Source: Eubacteriales bacterium
GTDB lineage: Bacteria; Bacillota; Clostridia; Christensenellales; Aristaeellaceae
Reading direction: 5' to 3'
Length of the DNA: 64,000 nucleotides
Assembly: GCA_031555755.1 (NCBI GenBank)
Contig: JAVBUD010000008.1
Span: forward strand, 1,785-65,784
Both the position numbers and the translations under genes were made by a program. The notes under the pieces were generated by a model that did no database searches, was not told the DNA's origin, and saw only the letters and a program-made list of their open reading frames with translations. Below, in pieces: positions 52,649 through 62,521 of this stretch (position 1 is the stretch's first letter; each line of letters starts with the position of its first letter).

Positions 52649-54436
52649 ATGAGGAAAAAGTTGGCGGCCGCCTTCCGCAGCCTGAGCATCAAGCAGAAGC
52701 TGTTCGTGTGCATTATCCTGATCTCGCTGGCGCCGCAGTGTCTGCTGGTCGCCCGGTTTTTTGAGAACAGCAAGGGCACACTGACCGAGACGACGCAGGC
52801 GGACATCTATCAGCTGGTGCAGGTGAACAACGAGCTGATCAACCAGCAGCTGCTCTCGGTCCGGCAGGCCACACTGAACATCATGGTGGACGCGGAGCTG
52901 TACGAGATCTTCACCAACGCCAGTTTCGGCGGCGCCATCGACCGCGCCGCGGTGGAAAAGGAGATCCACAGCGTGCTCTCCAAGTACTTCGGCAGCCTGG
53001 ACAGCGTGGACCAGGTGGACATCGTGACGCGCGGCTACACCTATTCCATGCGGATTGACGCGCGGGTCTCCCAGTATCTGGGCTTCTTTGACAGCGAGCC
53101 CTACGGGCGCATCGCGGCCAAGAACGGCGGCGTCGAATGGCTTTCCAAGGACGACATGCAGCCGTTCCAGCTCAGCCGTTCGGGGGTGTCCTGCGCGCGG
53201 CTGCTGAACTTGACCTATGTGGGCCCGTCCGGCATCGGCGTGCCGCTGCCTGCTGATTATGAGCGGCCCGTGATCCGGGTACAGTTCAAAGACGCGTTCC
53301 TGGCGGACCGGCTGGAGAAGAACATCGCCAACCTGCAGGGCGCGGAGTTTTATCTGATGGACGACCGGGGCGAGCCGATGATCTGGGGCGGCGATTACCA
53401 GGGCTTTCAGATGGAGCCATCCTGGTGGGACGATGTGCGGCGCGAGGGCAGCGGCATGATCCGGGTGGAGACGAAACCGGGCGTTCAATCCGTGGTCTGC
53501 TTTGACCGGCTGGACCCGTCGGGCTGGACCAGCATCGTGGCGTTTTCTGTGGATGCCCTGGCGGGAGATCTGATCAGCGGGATGAACAGGACGTTCTGGG
53601 GCGTCGTGCTCGTGCAGGTGCTGACCTCGCTGGGCGCCACGCTGCTGGCGATCTCGATGATCACCAAGCGCATCAAGCGGCTGAACCAGGGCGTCGATTC
53701 GCTGAAAGAGGGGAACTTCAAGGCCATCATCGAGGACAACCACAGGGATGAGTTCACCTACCTGGTCGACAACTTCAACGGCATGAGCGTGACCCTGCGG
53801 CAGCTGATCGACGAGAACTATAAGGTGCGGCTGTCGGAGCAGGAGGCGCGGCTGCAGGCGCTGATGATGCAGTTCAATCCGCACTATCTGTACAACACGC
53901 TGAACGTGATCAACTGGGTCGCGCTCAGGGGCGACACGCGGCGGACCAGCGCGCTGATCGTGTCGCTGTCGCGCATGCTGCGCTACACCAGCGACAACCG
54001 GCAGGCGCTGACGCCGCTTCGGGACGATATCGAGTGGGTGAGGCAGTATCTGCTGCTGATGCAGGCGCGGTTTGAGGGGCTGTTCCGCGTGGCGTGGGCG
54101 GTGGACGAGGCTTTGCTGGACTGTGAACTGCCCAAGCTGTTCATGCAGCCGTTGCTGGAAAACAGCATTCTGCACGGGTTCTCGGACCGCAAGGCCGGCG
54201 GCGAGATCGAGATTCGCATCTTCGCGGAAGGACGAGACGTGATGTGCGAGGTGCGCGACAACGGCATCGGCATGTCGCAGGCGCGCATCGAGCAGGTGCT
54301 GCGCGAGGAGGGCGCGTCGATCGGGATCTACAATGTGAACAAGCGGATCCAATTGATGTACGGCGAGGGGTATGGCCTCAGCATCAAGAGCGCGGAGGGC
54401 GAGGGATCGGTGGTCACCGTGCGGATGCGCTTCTGA
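52649..54436 (+). CDS. Sensor histidine kinase, YesM-type (two TM segments, HAMP, PF06580-like H-box, HATPase)
   Basis: GGGAGG RBS. QFNPHYLYNTLNVINW, PLLENSILHGF, VRDNGIGMS. Confidence 0.9.
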   Translation: MRKKLAAAFRSLSIKQKLFVCIILISLAPQCLLVARFFENSKGTLTETTQADIYQLVQVNNELINQQLLSVRQATLNIMVDAELYEIFTNASFGGAIDRAAVEKEIHSVLSKYFGSLDSVDQVDIVTRGYTYSMRIDARVSQYLGFFDSEPYGRIAAKNGGVEWLSKDDMQPFQLSRSGVSCARLLNLTYVGPSGIGVPLPADYERPVIRVQFKDAFLADRLEKNIANLQGAEFYLMDDRGEPMIWGGDYQGFQMEPSWWDDVRREGSGMIRVETKPGVQSVVCFDRLDPSGWTSIVAFSVDALAGDLISGMNRTFWGVVLVQVLTSLGATLLAISMITKRIKRLNQGVDSLKEGNFKAIIEDNHRDEFTYLVDNFNGMSVTLRQLIDENYKVRLSEQEARLQALMMQFNPHYLYNTLNVINWVALRGDTRRTSALIVSLSRMLRYTSDNRQALTPLRDDIEWVRQYLLLMQARFEGLFRVAWAVDEALLDCELPKLFMQPLLENSILHGFSDRKAGGEIEIRIFAEGRDVMCEVRDNGIGMSQARIEQVLREEGASIGIYNVNKRIQLMYGEGYGLSIKSAEGEGSVVTVRMRF

Positions 54437-54483
54437 CCCGATAATCAGCCAATCAAAACGCAAGTATACAAGATTTTGGTCGG

Positions 54484-54512
54484 TTGTTCGCGGGCGCTGA
54501 TGATTCTATAAT
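54484..54512 (+). promoter_or_regulatory. Candidate sigma-70 promoter of the fructan ABC/GH operon
   Basis: TTGTTC (54484-54489), 17-nt spacer, TATAAT (54507-54512). Confidence 0.5.
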
Positions 54513-54573
54513 GGCTGTATGGGATGCGCGTCCTGCGCGTCCGATGGAACAGAGAGAATCGGAGGGTTACTTT

Positions 54574-55899
54574 ATGAAGAGGGGTATCGCTTTCCTGTTG
54601 GCACTGGTGTTGCTGCTCAGCGCTTCGTCTGTTGCGCTGGCCGAGGACGTTCAGCTCCGCTTTGCCTATTGGGGCAGCGGCGCGGAGAAGCAGGCGCTGG
54701 AGAACGCGATCACGGCGTTTGAACAGGCCAATCCGGAGATCCATGTGGAGAGAATGCACATCCCGGACGACTTTGCCACCAAGCTGAACGCCATGATCGC
54801 CGCCAACGAGGCGCCCGACGTGACCTATTCCGGCCCTTGGAAGATCCAGCTGGGCCGCGACGGGCTGATCTACAACTACAATGAGATCGCGCCCATGGAC
54901 CCCACCATCCAGGCCGACGATGTGGCGGACTTCTGCTGGTGGAACTGGTCCAAGACCGAGTCCGCCGGCCCGTTCCAGGCAAGTGTGACGCCCAGCCTGA
55001 TGTACAACGCGGACCTGTTCAACGAAAAGGGCATCGCGCTGCCGCCCACCAAGGCCGACGAGGCCTGGACCTATGAGCAGTTTGTGGACGTGGCCCAGCA
55101 GCTCACGATCGACCGCAACGGCAAGAACGCCAAGGACCCGGAGTTTGATCCCGAGAACATCCTGCAGTACGGCGCGCAGGTCGGCCTGTTCTGGGCGTGT
55201 TGGTATCCCTTCGTGCTGTCGAACGGCGGCTCCTGGCTGAGTGAGGACGGCACCGAGTTCACGCTCAACAAGCCCGAGGCCACCGAGGCCATCCAGATGG
55301 TGGCGGATCTGATCACCAAGTACCACGTCAGCCCGTCCCCGGCCCAGGCCGCGACCCTGCCCGGCAGCAGCGCGGCGCTGCAGACCCGGCGCGTGGCGAT
55401 GGTCATCAACGGCTCCTGGACCCATGCGGACCTGGCGCAGACCGAGGACCTGAACTGGGGCGTCGGCTGCCTGCCGGTGGTCAAGGAATACAAGAGCTTC
55501 TTCCATGGCGGCTCGCTGATCATCTTCAAAAGCACCAAGAACCTGGAGGCGTCGCTGAAGCTGCACAACTGGATCATCAACCCGGCCAACCAGCTGGACC
55601 TGCACCGCGGGCTGTGGCTGCCCCAGTTGAAGAGCTGGTACACCGATCCCGAGAAGATCGCGCTGTGGGCCGAAGAGGGCACCCCTGGCCGCCCCGTGGG
55701 CTTCCAGGACGCGGTCATGCGTTCCACCTTTGAGCACGCGGCGCCCGCGCCGGAAAACAATGTTAACAACTTCGCCGAGCAGGAGCCGATCATCAACGCC
55801 GCGCTGGACAACGTCTGGAATGGCGAGATGACCGCACAAGAGGCGATGGACAGCATCGTGGACCAGATCAAACCGCTGGTCGAGGGCTGGTCGTACTAA
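54574..55899 (+). CDS. Carbohydrate ABC substrate-binding protein (family 1)
   Basis: ATG follows GGAGGG. Signal peptide MKRGIAFLLALVLLLSASSVALA. LRFAYWGSGAEKQALENAI... is typical of SBP_bac_1/8. Confidence 0.85.
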   Translation: MKRGIAFLLALVLLLSASSVALAEDVQLRFAYWGSGAEKQALENAITAFEQANPEIHVERMHIPDDFATKLNAMIAANEAPDVTYSGPWKIQLGRDGLIYNYNEIAPMDPTIQADDVADFCWWNWSKTESAGPFQASVTPSLMYNADLFNEKGIALPPTKADEAWTYEQFVDVAQQLTIDRNGKNAKDPEFDPENILQYGAQVGLFWACWYPFVLSNGGSWLSEDGTEFTLNKPEATEAIQMVADLITKYHVSPSPAQAATLPGSSAALQTRRVAMVINGSWTHADLAQTEDLNWGVGCLPVVKEYKSFFHGGSLIIFKSTKNLEASLKLHNWIINPANQLDLHRGLWLPQLKSWYTDPEKIALWAEEGTPGRPVGFQDAVMRSTFEHAAPAPENNVNNFAEQEPIINAALDNVWNGEMTAQEAMDSIVDQIKPLVEGWSY

Positions 55900-55980
55900 G
55901 CGGTACATGGGCACACAAATGGCTTGCGGCATCGCCCGATGGTGCCGCAAGCCATTGGTCTGTTTAGACATCGAAAGGGG

Positions 55981-56922
55981 ATGTTGTGTTTGAACTATCC
56001 ATTGAGCGGCGGGGCCGCGCCGAGGCGCAGGCGGTCCAGCGCGGCGGCCACGGAAAACCGCATGGGCTGGCTGTTCGGCGCGCCTGCGGTGCTGGGCTTT
56101 CTGATTTTCACGCTGGGGCCGATGATCGCCAGCCTGATCTACAGCTTCACGAACCTTGGGATCAGCGGCAAGATGGACTTTGTGGGGCTTTTAAACTTCC
56201 GGAACATGTTCTCCGGCGCGGACGGCTATTTTTACAAGGCGCTGGGCGTCACCTCGCACTATGTGGCGCTGGCGGTGCCGATGCAGATTGTGTACGCCTT
56301 TCTGCTGGCGCTGCTCTTAAACCGCGACGTGCGCGGCAAGTCCGTGTTCCGCACGATCTTTTATCTGCCCACCATCGTGCCGGTGGTGGCCACGTCGATG
56401 ATCTGGCTGTGGCTGCTGAACCCAGACTTTGGCCTGGTGAACGAGATGTTGCGCGCGCTGCATCTGCCGACCAGCAAATGGATCTTTGACAAGGCGACGG
56501 TGGTGCCGAGCCTGGCGATGATGAGCGTGTGGACGACCGGCACCATGACGCTGGTTTTCCTGGCGGGCCTGCAGGACGTGCCGCGCCACCTCTATGAGGC
56601 GATGTCAATCGACGGCGCGGGCAGCCTGTCGCAGTTCCGGCACATCACGATCCCGATGATGACGCCCACGATCTTTTTCAATCTGTGCACCACGCTGATC
56701 GGCGCGTTCCAGGTGTTTTCGGAGGCGTACATCATGACCGACGGTGGGCCGGACAACGCCAGCCTGTTCTACGTGTTCTACCTGTACCGCGAGGCATTCA
56801 CATACGGGCGCATGGGCTCCGCCAGCGCCATCGCATGGGTGCTGTTCGTGATCATCACGGCGGTGACGGTGGTGGTGTTCAAGTCGTCGGACAACTGGGT
56901 ATTTTATGAGGGGGGGCGCTGA
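55981..56922 (+). CDS. Carbohydrate ABC permease (MalF/UgpA-like)
   Basis: Start uncertain (ATG 55981 follows AAAGGGG). MGWLFGAPAVLGFLIFTLGPM... EAA loop YEAMSIDGAGSLSQFRHITIP. Confidence 0.85.
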   Translation: MLCLNYPLSGGAAPRRRRSSAAATENRMGWLFGAPAVLGFLIFTLGPMIASLIYSFTNLGISGKMDFVGLLNFRNMFSGADGYFYKALGVTSHYVALAVPMQIVYAFLLALLLNRDVRGKSVFRTIFYLPTIVPVVATSMIWLWLLNPDFGLVNEMLRALHLPTSKWIFDKATVVPSLAMMSVWTTGTMTLVFLAGLQDVPRHLYEAMSIDGAGSLSQFRHITIPMMTPTIFFNLCTTLIGAFQVFSEAYIMTDGGPDNASLFYVFYLYREAFTYGRMGSASAIAWVLFVIITAVTVVVFKSSDNWVFYEGGR

Positions 56923-56924
56923 GA

Positions 56925-57767
56925 ATGGTGGTATCGAATGTGCGCAAGTATGCGGGTACGGCCATCATCTACGCGCTGCTGATCGTCGGTTCGCTGATTT
57001 CGCTGGTGCCGCTGTACTGGCTGGTGAGGTCCTCGCTGATGAGCATGGGCCAGATTTTCGTGTTGCCGCCGGTCTGGATTCCGAATCCCGTGAAGTGGAG
57101 CAACTACCAGAAGGCGCTCAGCGTGGTGCCGTTTCCGAGGTACTATCTGAACTCCGCGCTGCTCGTGCTGGGCACGGTCTCTGGCACACTGTTTTCCTGC
57201 AGCGTGAGCGGCTACGCGTTCGCGCGGCTGAAGTGGTCGGGCAGGAACATCATGTTCTCCTGCGTGGTGGCGTCGATGATGCTGCCGTTCGCGGTGACGA
57301 TGATCCCGCGCTTTGTGGGCTGGAGCAAGATCGGGCTCACCAACACCTACGTGCCGCTGATCCTGCCCGCGTGGCTGGCGGGCAACGCTTACTTTGTGTT
57401 CCTCATGCGCCAGTTCTACATGACGATTCCCCGGGAGCTGGACGAGTCGGCGTTCGTGGACGGCGCGAACCACTGGCAGATTTTTGCCCAGATTCTGATG
57501 CCGCTGACCAAGCCCGCGCTGATCGTGGTGAGCCTGCTGTCGTTCCGGGACGCCTGGAACGATTTTCTGGGGCCGCTGCTGTATCTGTCCTCGGAGTCGA
57601 AGTATACGGTGTCGCTGGGGCTTCGGATGTTCCAGGGCATGTACAATGCCGAGTGGCACCTGATGATGGCCGCGTCTTGCCTTGCGCTGTTGCCGGTCAT
57701 CGTGGTATTCTTTATTGGGCAGCGCTATTTCGTGGAGGGCATCGCCCTGACGGGCATCAAAGGATAG
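56925..57767 (+). CDS. Carbohydrate ABC permease (MalG/UgpE-like)
   Basis: EAA loop DESAFVDGANHWQIFAQILMPLTKP. Six TM segments. Starts 3 nt after the previous stop. Confidence 0.9.
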   Translation: MVVSNVRKYAGTAIIYALLIVGSLISLVPLYWLVRSSLMSMGQIFVLPPVWIPNPVKWSNYQKALSVVPFPRYYLNSALLVLGTVSGTLFSCSVSGYAFARLKWSGRNIMFSCVVASMMLPFAVTMIPRFVGWSKIGLTNTYVPLILPAWLAGNAYFVFLMRQFYMTIPRELDESAFVDGANHWQIFAQILMPLTKPALIVVSLLSFRDAWNDFLGPLLYLSSESKYTVSLGLRMFQGMYNAEWHLMMAASCLALLPVIVVFFIGQRYFVEGIALTGIKG

Positions 57768-57781
57768 GGGGCGTAGAGCGA

Positions 57782-59365
57782 ATGGATCTGACGTATGTGG
57801 ACTTGCTGTCGCGGCTGACGGACATGGAGCGGCTCAGCCTTGCGCCGGTTGACGGGGAGCGGGCGGGCTGCGTGTCGAGCTATGACCGGCACTCGCGGTA
57901 TGATCCGGACACGGACACATATCGGGACTGGGACGCCAACGACGACGGCGGTGGATTTGAGCGCGAGGTCGAGGGCGGCGGCGTGGTGGCACTGGAGCTG
58001 AAGGGCCCTGGCGTGATCTGGCGCAGCTGGTCGGCGATGCCGGACAAAGGGCATGTGCGGGTGTTTGTGGACGGCGAGCTGATCATCGACGAGCCGTTCA
58101 TCCGATACCTGACCGGCTTCGGGACGGACTTCGCGCCGCTGAATGTGCCGGACGTGTGCCCGCACATCTCCAGGGGCTACAACCGCTTCCTGCCGATCCC
58201 GTTCCAGCGGGACATCCGCATCGAGTTCGCGGAGGGCTGGGGGCGGTACTATCACTTTACCTATTCGGTCTTTGGCGGGGACGTCGCACTGCCCCGCTAT
58301 GATGAGCTGTTCCGGCGGCCCGCCCGGGTGGCGCTGGCGAAGCTGGACCGCATGCTGCATCTGCGAGCGATGCACGGGTTTTCGCCGGAGGTCTCGCGCC
58401 AGGTGGGCGCTGGGGCGCGGGCGGAGCTGCTGAACGCGCCGGGGCAGGGCGCCATTGAGCGGATGCAGCTGCGCCTGTCCGATCCTTCGGCCGCTGGGCG
58501 GCTGCTGCTCAGGATCTACTGGGACGGCGAGGCGCGGCCCTCCGTGTGCGCACCGGTCTGCGATCTGTTCGGCACGTCCGGCGAGATGAACCCGTTCGCG
58601 ACCTGGGTCTCGGGCTATGCGGGCGGCGCGCTGTACATGCGCTGGCACATGCCGTTTGCGCAGGGCGCGCGCGTGGAACTGGAGAACCTGGGCGGGGCTG
58701 CCGTGGGTGTGGAGGCGAGCTTCGCAATGGCTGAATGCCAGGACGCGGCGCAGCGGCTGCGGTTCTGCGCCAAGTTTCATCGCGACGACTGGGCAGGGCT
58801 CGACGAGGCGCGGTTCGCGCCGGGCGGCGACCGCTGGCCCGATTGGCCGGTGCTCAGGGCGGCAGGCGGCGCGGGCCGGTTTGTGGGCATGCACCTGCGG
58901 ATTCAGGACAGCTGGGTCTACCCGGACCGCATGCAGCGGGACGATTGGTGGTTCGGCTATGACGGCTGTGAGCGGCTCGACTGGTGGTGGGGCGAGGGCG
59001 ACGAAAAGTTTTTCGTGGACGGCGAAAAGCATCCGTCCACATTCGGCACCGGCAGCGAGGACTACATCGGCTACGCCTGGGCCGCCGAGCCGCCGTTTGC
59101 GCTGTTCGATTCGCCCTTCGCCGCCAACGCCGCCATGCCGCTGGACGGCAACGGGCTGACCAGCGTGTGCCGGTTCCATGTGTGCGACAATGTGCCCTTT
59201 CAGGACCGCTTTGAGGCGTTCATCGAAAAGTACAAGGGCAATGCATGGGGTGAGTCCGGCGAAAACAAATGCCTGTACGGCGCGACGGCGTTCTGGTATC
59301 AGCAGGGCGGCGCGCAGGATCAGTATGCCGCGCCCACACTGCGCGAGTTGGAGGCGTTGGCATGA
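57782..59365 (+). CDS. DUF2961-family protein (glycoside hydrolase family 172-like; difructose-dianhydride / fructofuranosidase-type)
   Basis: Start at MDLTYVDLLSRL. WWGEGDEKFFVDGEKHPSTFGTGSEDYIGYAW is the characteristic DUF2961 core as I recall it. The ORF-track start at 56906 is a long out-of-context extension over the permease gene. Confidence 0.75.
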   Translation: MDLTYVDLLSRLTDMERLSLAPVDGERAGCVSSYDRHSRYDPDTDTYRDWDANDDGGGFEREVEGGGVVALELKGPGVIWRSWSAMPDKGHVRVFVDGELIIDEPFIRYLTGFGTDFAPLNVPDVCPHISRGYNRFLPIPFQRDIRIEFAEGWGRYYHFTYSVFGGDVALPRYDELFRRPARVALAKLDRMLHLRAMHGFSPEVSRQVGAGARAELLNAPGQGAIERMQLRLSDPSAAGRLLLRIYWDGEARPSVCAPVCDLFGTSGEMNPFATWVSGYAGGALYMRWHMPFAQGARVELENLGGAAVGVEASFAMAECQDAAQRLRFCAKFHRDDWAGLDEARFAPGGDRWPDWPVLRAAGGAGRFVGMHLRIQDSWVYPDRMQRDDWWFGYDGCERLDWWWGEGDEKFFVDGEKHPSTFGTGSEDYIGYAWAAEPPFALFDSPFAANAAMPLDGNGLTSVCRFHVCDNVPFQDRFEAFIEKYKGNAWGESGENKCLYGATAFWYQQGGAQDQYAAPTLRELEALA

Positions 59366-60705
59366 GTGAAATGAAGATCGCACGACCGAACCTCAGGTTC
59401 GCGCCGCAGGCGGGCTGGATCAACGACCCCAACGGATTGGTGTATGACGGGGTGACCTACCACCTGTTTGCGCAGCACAACCCGAACGACACGGTCTGGG
59501 GGCCGATGCACTGGCTGCACGCGGTGTCGGACGACCTGATCCACTGGCGCGAGCTGGGCATCGCGCTGTATCCGGACGAGCTGGGCACCATGTTCTCAGG
59601 CAGCGCGGTGATCGATAAGGACGACACCGCCGGGTTCGGCGCGGGCGCGATGGTGGCGATTTTTACCCAGCACGGCGATCGGCAGACCCAGGGCATTGCA
59701 CACTCGTCAGACGGCCTACACTTCAGCGTGTATCCGGGCAACCCGGTGATCGAAAATCCGGGCATTGCGGACTTCCGCGACCCGAAGGTGTTTTGGGACG
59801 CTGCGCGCGGCCGCTGGGCGATGGCGCTGGCCGAGGGCGACCGCATCGGGTTTTATGTCTCGTCGGACCTTCGGACCTGGTGCAGGACGGGTGAATTTGG
59901 CGCGGCCGAAAACCGGCTGGCGGGCGTGTTTGAATGCCCCGACCTGTTCCCGCTCACCGCGCCGGACGGGCGGGAGATCTGGGCGCTGCTGATCAGCATG
60001 GGCGCGGGGCCGGAACACGGCGGTTGCCGCATCCAGTATTTCCTCGGCGCGTTCGACGGCGAGACCTTCCGCCAAACGGAGGCGGTGGGGGAGACGCTGA
60101 TGCTGGATCGCGGGTTCGACGACTATGCGGGCGTGACCTACAGCGGCACCGCTGAGCGCGTATTCGTCGGCTGGGCGGCCAACGCGACGTACGCGGGCGA
60201 CGTGCCCGCGAATGCGTTCCGCGGCACGATGACCTTGCCGCGCCGGTTGTTCCTGCTGGACACGCTGTGCGGTTTGCGCCTCGGTGCTCTGCCCATGCTG
60301 CCCGAGGTTCCGTTCGCGCCTATCGCGGATGGCGGCGCGCTGCCCGCCAAGGGCGCCTATGAGCTCCGCGCCCGTGCGGCGTCCGCGTTTGAGCTTTCGC
60401 TCCGCAGCCCAGCCGGCGACGAACTCCGCATCGGCTTGGGCGGCCAAAACGAGCTGTATGTGGACCGCACCCGCGCCGGCGAGACCGGTTTTCACGAGTG
60501 GTTCGGCAAGCCGATGTACAGTGTCGCGAAGACCCCGCGCGCGCGGAGCGGCGATGTCTGCCTGTGCGTGATCGTGGATGAAAACCTGGTGGAGGTCTAT
60601 GCGGAGGACGGCGCGTACGTGGCCACACTGCTGGTCTATCCGAACGCCCGCTACAGCGAACTCAGTATCCATAACGCGGACGTCGAGGTGGCCGTGCGCA
60701 CGTAG
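59362..60705 (+). CDS. Glycoside hydrolase family 32 (beta-fructofuranosidase / fructan hydrolase)
   Basis: ATG overlaps the previous stop (ATGA). Catalytic motifs GWINDPNG, FRDPKVFW and ECPDLF. Confidence 0.92.
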   Translation: MSEMKIARPNLRFAPQAGWINDPNGLVYDGVTYHLFAQHNPNDTVWGPMHWLHAVSDDLIHWRELGIALYPDELGTMFSGSAVIDKDDTAGFGAGAMVAIFTQHGDRQTQGIAHSSDGLHFSVYPGNPVIENPGIADFRDPKVFWDAARGRWAMALAEGDRIGFYVSSDLRTWCRTGEFGAAENRLAGVFECPDLFPLTAPDGREIWALLISMGAGPEHGGCRIQYFLGAFDGETFRQTEAVGETLMLDRGFDDYAGVTYSGTAERVFVGWAANATYAGDVPANAFRGTMTLPRRLFLLDTLCGLRLGALPMLPEVPFAPIADGGALPAKGAYELRARAASAFELSLRSPAGDELRIGLGGQNELYVDRTRAGETGFHEWFGKPMYSVAKTPRARSGDVCLCVIVDENLVEVYAEDGAYVATLLVYPNARYSELSIHNADVEVAVRT

Positions 60706-60720
60706 CGGCGCGCACAATCG

Positions 60721-60808
60721 CCGTCATCCTGAGCGACAGCGAAGGACCTTCCTCAAACTCTTTGGTATGGAGTTTGAGGAAGGTCCTTCGCTGCGCTCAG
60801 GATGACGG
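60721..60808. repeat. REP-like palindromic intergenic element, copy 3
   Basis: CCGTCATCCTGAGCGACAGCGAAGGACCTTCCTCAAACTC...GAGTTTGAGGAAGGTCCTTCGCTGCGCTCAGGATGACGG. Starts 16 nt after the GH32 stop. Confidence 0.85.
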
Positions 60809-60874
60809 CGCAGAAAGGGCGGATGCGGTGCAGCTTTATTCAGCCGCAAACCATGCCGTATGCGTCGAGATATC

Positions 60875-60903
60875 TTGACAACGACATCAAATTCGAATAA
60901 CAT
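60875..60903 (+). promoter_or_regulatory. Candidate promoter of the membrane LuxR regulator gene
   Basis: TTGACA (60875-60880), 17-nt spacer, TAACAT (60898-60903). Confidence 0.4.
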
Positions 60904-60974
60904 TATGGTAACACAGAGGCGCGGCAGTGTGGTTGGGTGCGAACAGATCCAATGACCGCGGCAAAGCTGAAGGG

Positions 60975-62474
60975 ATGTGCGCATGCATGGATGAGGGCGG
61001 AGCGGTGGTCGGCGCGCCGGGGGCACAGGTTCGCCAGGAGGATGGACGGATACAATCCCGCAAATGGCTGCTGCTGTTCTGCCTGACGAGCGTGTGGGTG
61101 TACGCGTTTCGGTCGGGCGGGACGTTTTTGCTGATTCAGAGCGAGCTGCACACCCAGTTCATGGCGGTGGGTTTCTTTGAATACCCGGTGCAGATTCTGG
61201 GCGCGTGCGCGCTGCCGTGGCTGCTGGACCGGTTGGGGCTGGCGGGCAATCCGCGCGCGGACCGGCTCGTGTTTGCGGGCTTGATGGCGCTGAGCCTGGC
61301 GCTGATGGCCTTGCTGTGGTTTACGCCGGGGTTTGTGCTGCCGCTGATCCTGACCTATCTGCTGGTGCTCTCAACCGCCACGGCCATGGGGCTTGCGCTG
61401 CGGCGCGGCGCGATGCTGTGGGCGCCGAACCGCGCGGCGTTGATCATCGGTGGCGCGCACATACTGTATTACGTGGCGGAGTATCTGCATTACTATTCGT
61501 TCTTCCTGACGGGCAATCCGTTCGTGTACCTGGTGGTCGCGTCCGCGCTGTTCGCGGGATTGCTGGTCACAGCTCTCGCGGTGCGGCTTAGAATGAGAGA
61601 CAGCGCGCTGGTGGCCGCGCCCGCCTCGCTCGGTCAACCTTATCCCAAGGCGTTCCTGCGCGGCGCGGTGCTGGTGTTGGTGCTGCACGCGCTGTTTTCG
61701 GTGATGATCAACACCGTGTGGTACTTCGAAAACGACGGCGCGTTCCCGTCGCTCGCGTATGAGCTGGCGTTCAAGCTGTTGGCGCTGGTGGTGATGGGCG
61801 CGGCGACATGGCTGCTCCATCAGCGGCGCTGGTTCGTGCTGACGCTCAGTTGCCTGCTTTTGCTGTGCCTGGGCCAGGGGTTGACGCTGTGGAACATCGA
61901 GAGCATGCCGCTGGCGGTGAGCTACAATCTGGCCACCATGACGGCCAAGATGCCGCCCTATCTGCTGTCGTTGACCGTGCCGCTTTGGTACGCGGCCTCA
62001 CGCAGAAAACCGTCCGTCGCGAGCGTGGGATTCGGCATCAACACGGGCGTGGAGTTTTTGATCCTGCTGACACAGCTGCGGCCGGGCACGCTGGGCGTCA
62101 TCCCGCGCCAGGGATTCTTGCTGCTGCTGGGGCTGGGGCTGGTGGCGCTGCTCACCTGGCTGTATCTGTTGTATCAGAAGATCCAGACCGACGATCTGCT
62201 GTCGTCCATCCGCGCCAGCCATGAGGAGCGCAAGACGCCCGAGCAGACGCTCTGTGCGTTGAACCTGACCCCACGAGAGCAGGAGGTGGCGCAGTTGCTG
62301 CTGACCGGCGACTCCAACAAGATCATCGCCGCCAAACTGCACATCTCACAGCCCACAGTGGGCTTCCACACCAAGAACCTGTACCGCAAACTGAACATCC
62401 AAAGCCGCTCGGAGCTGTTCGCACTGTTCATCCTGCCCGCACCGAGCGGCCTGGCGGAGGAAGTGGGCGTGTGA
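60975..62474 (+). CDS. Membrane-embedded LuxR-family transcriptional regulator (polytopic N-domain + C-terminal HTH)
   Basis: About ten hydrophobic segments followed by LTPREQEVAQLLLTGDSNKIIAAKLHISQPTVGFHTKNLYRKLNIQSRSEL. Start uncertain (GTG 60927, or ATG 60975 after GAAGGG). Confidence 0.75.
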   Translation: MCACMDEGGAVVGAPGAQVRQEDGRIQSRKWLLLFCLTSVWVYAFRSGGTFLLIQSELHTQFMAVGFFEYPVQILGACALPWLLDRLGLAGNPRADRLVFAGLMALSLALMALLWFTPGFVLPLILTYLLVLSTATAMGLALRRGAMLWAPNRAALIIGGAHILYYVAEYLHYYSFFLTGNPFVYLVVASALFAGLLVTALAVRLRMRDSALVAAPASLGQPYPKAFLRGAVLVLVLHALFSVMINTVWYFENDGAFPSLAYELAFKLLALVVMGAATWLLHQRRWFVLTLSCLLLLCLGQGLTLWNIESMPLAVSYNLATMTAKMPPYLLSLTVPLWYAASRRKPSVASVGFGINTGVEFLILLTQLRPGTLGVIPRQGFLLLLGLGLVALLTWLYLLYQKIQTDDLLSSIRASHEERKTPEQTLCALNLTPREQEVAQLLLTGDSNKIIAAKLHISQPTVGFHTKNLYRKLNIQSRSELFALFILPAPSGLAEEVGV

Positions 62475-62521
62475 ACGAAAAATCATCCCATCATCACATC
62501 CGCTACCTGCGCGGTGCTGCC

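Noticed and set aside
56906-57781. ORF-track N-terminal extensions: 56906 for the DUF2961 gene, 47433 for the GRE, 1224 for the first kinase, 10243 for the 7TM protein, 46772 for the activase, 19438 for the permease, and 8756, 21827, 22821, 54484 and 13194 for others.
   Set aside because: The extensions overlap the preceding well-supported gene in another frame and translate to low-complexity sequence. Internal starts with good RBS spacing, signal peptides or family-typical N-termini were chosen instead.
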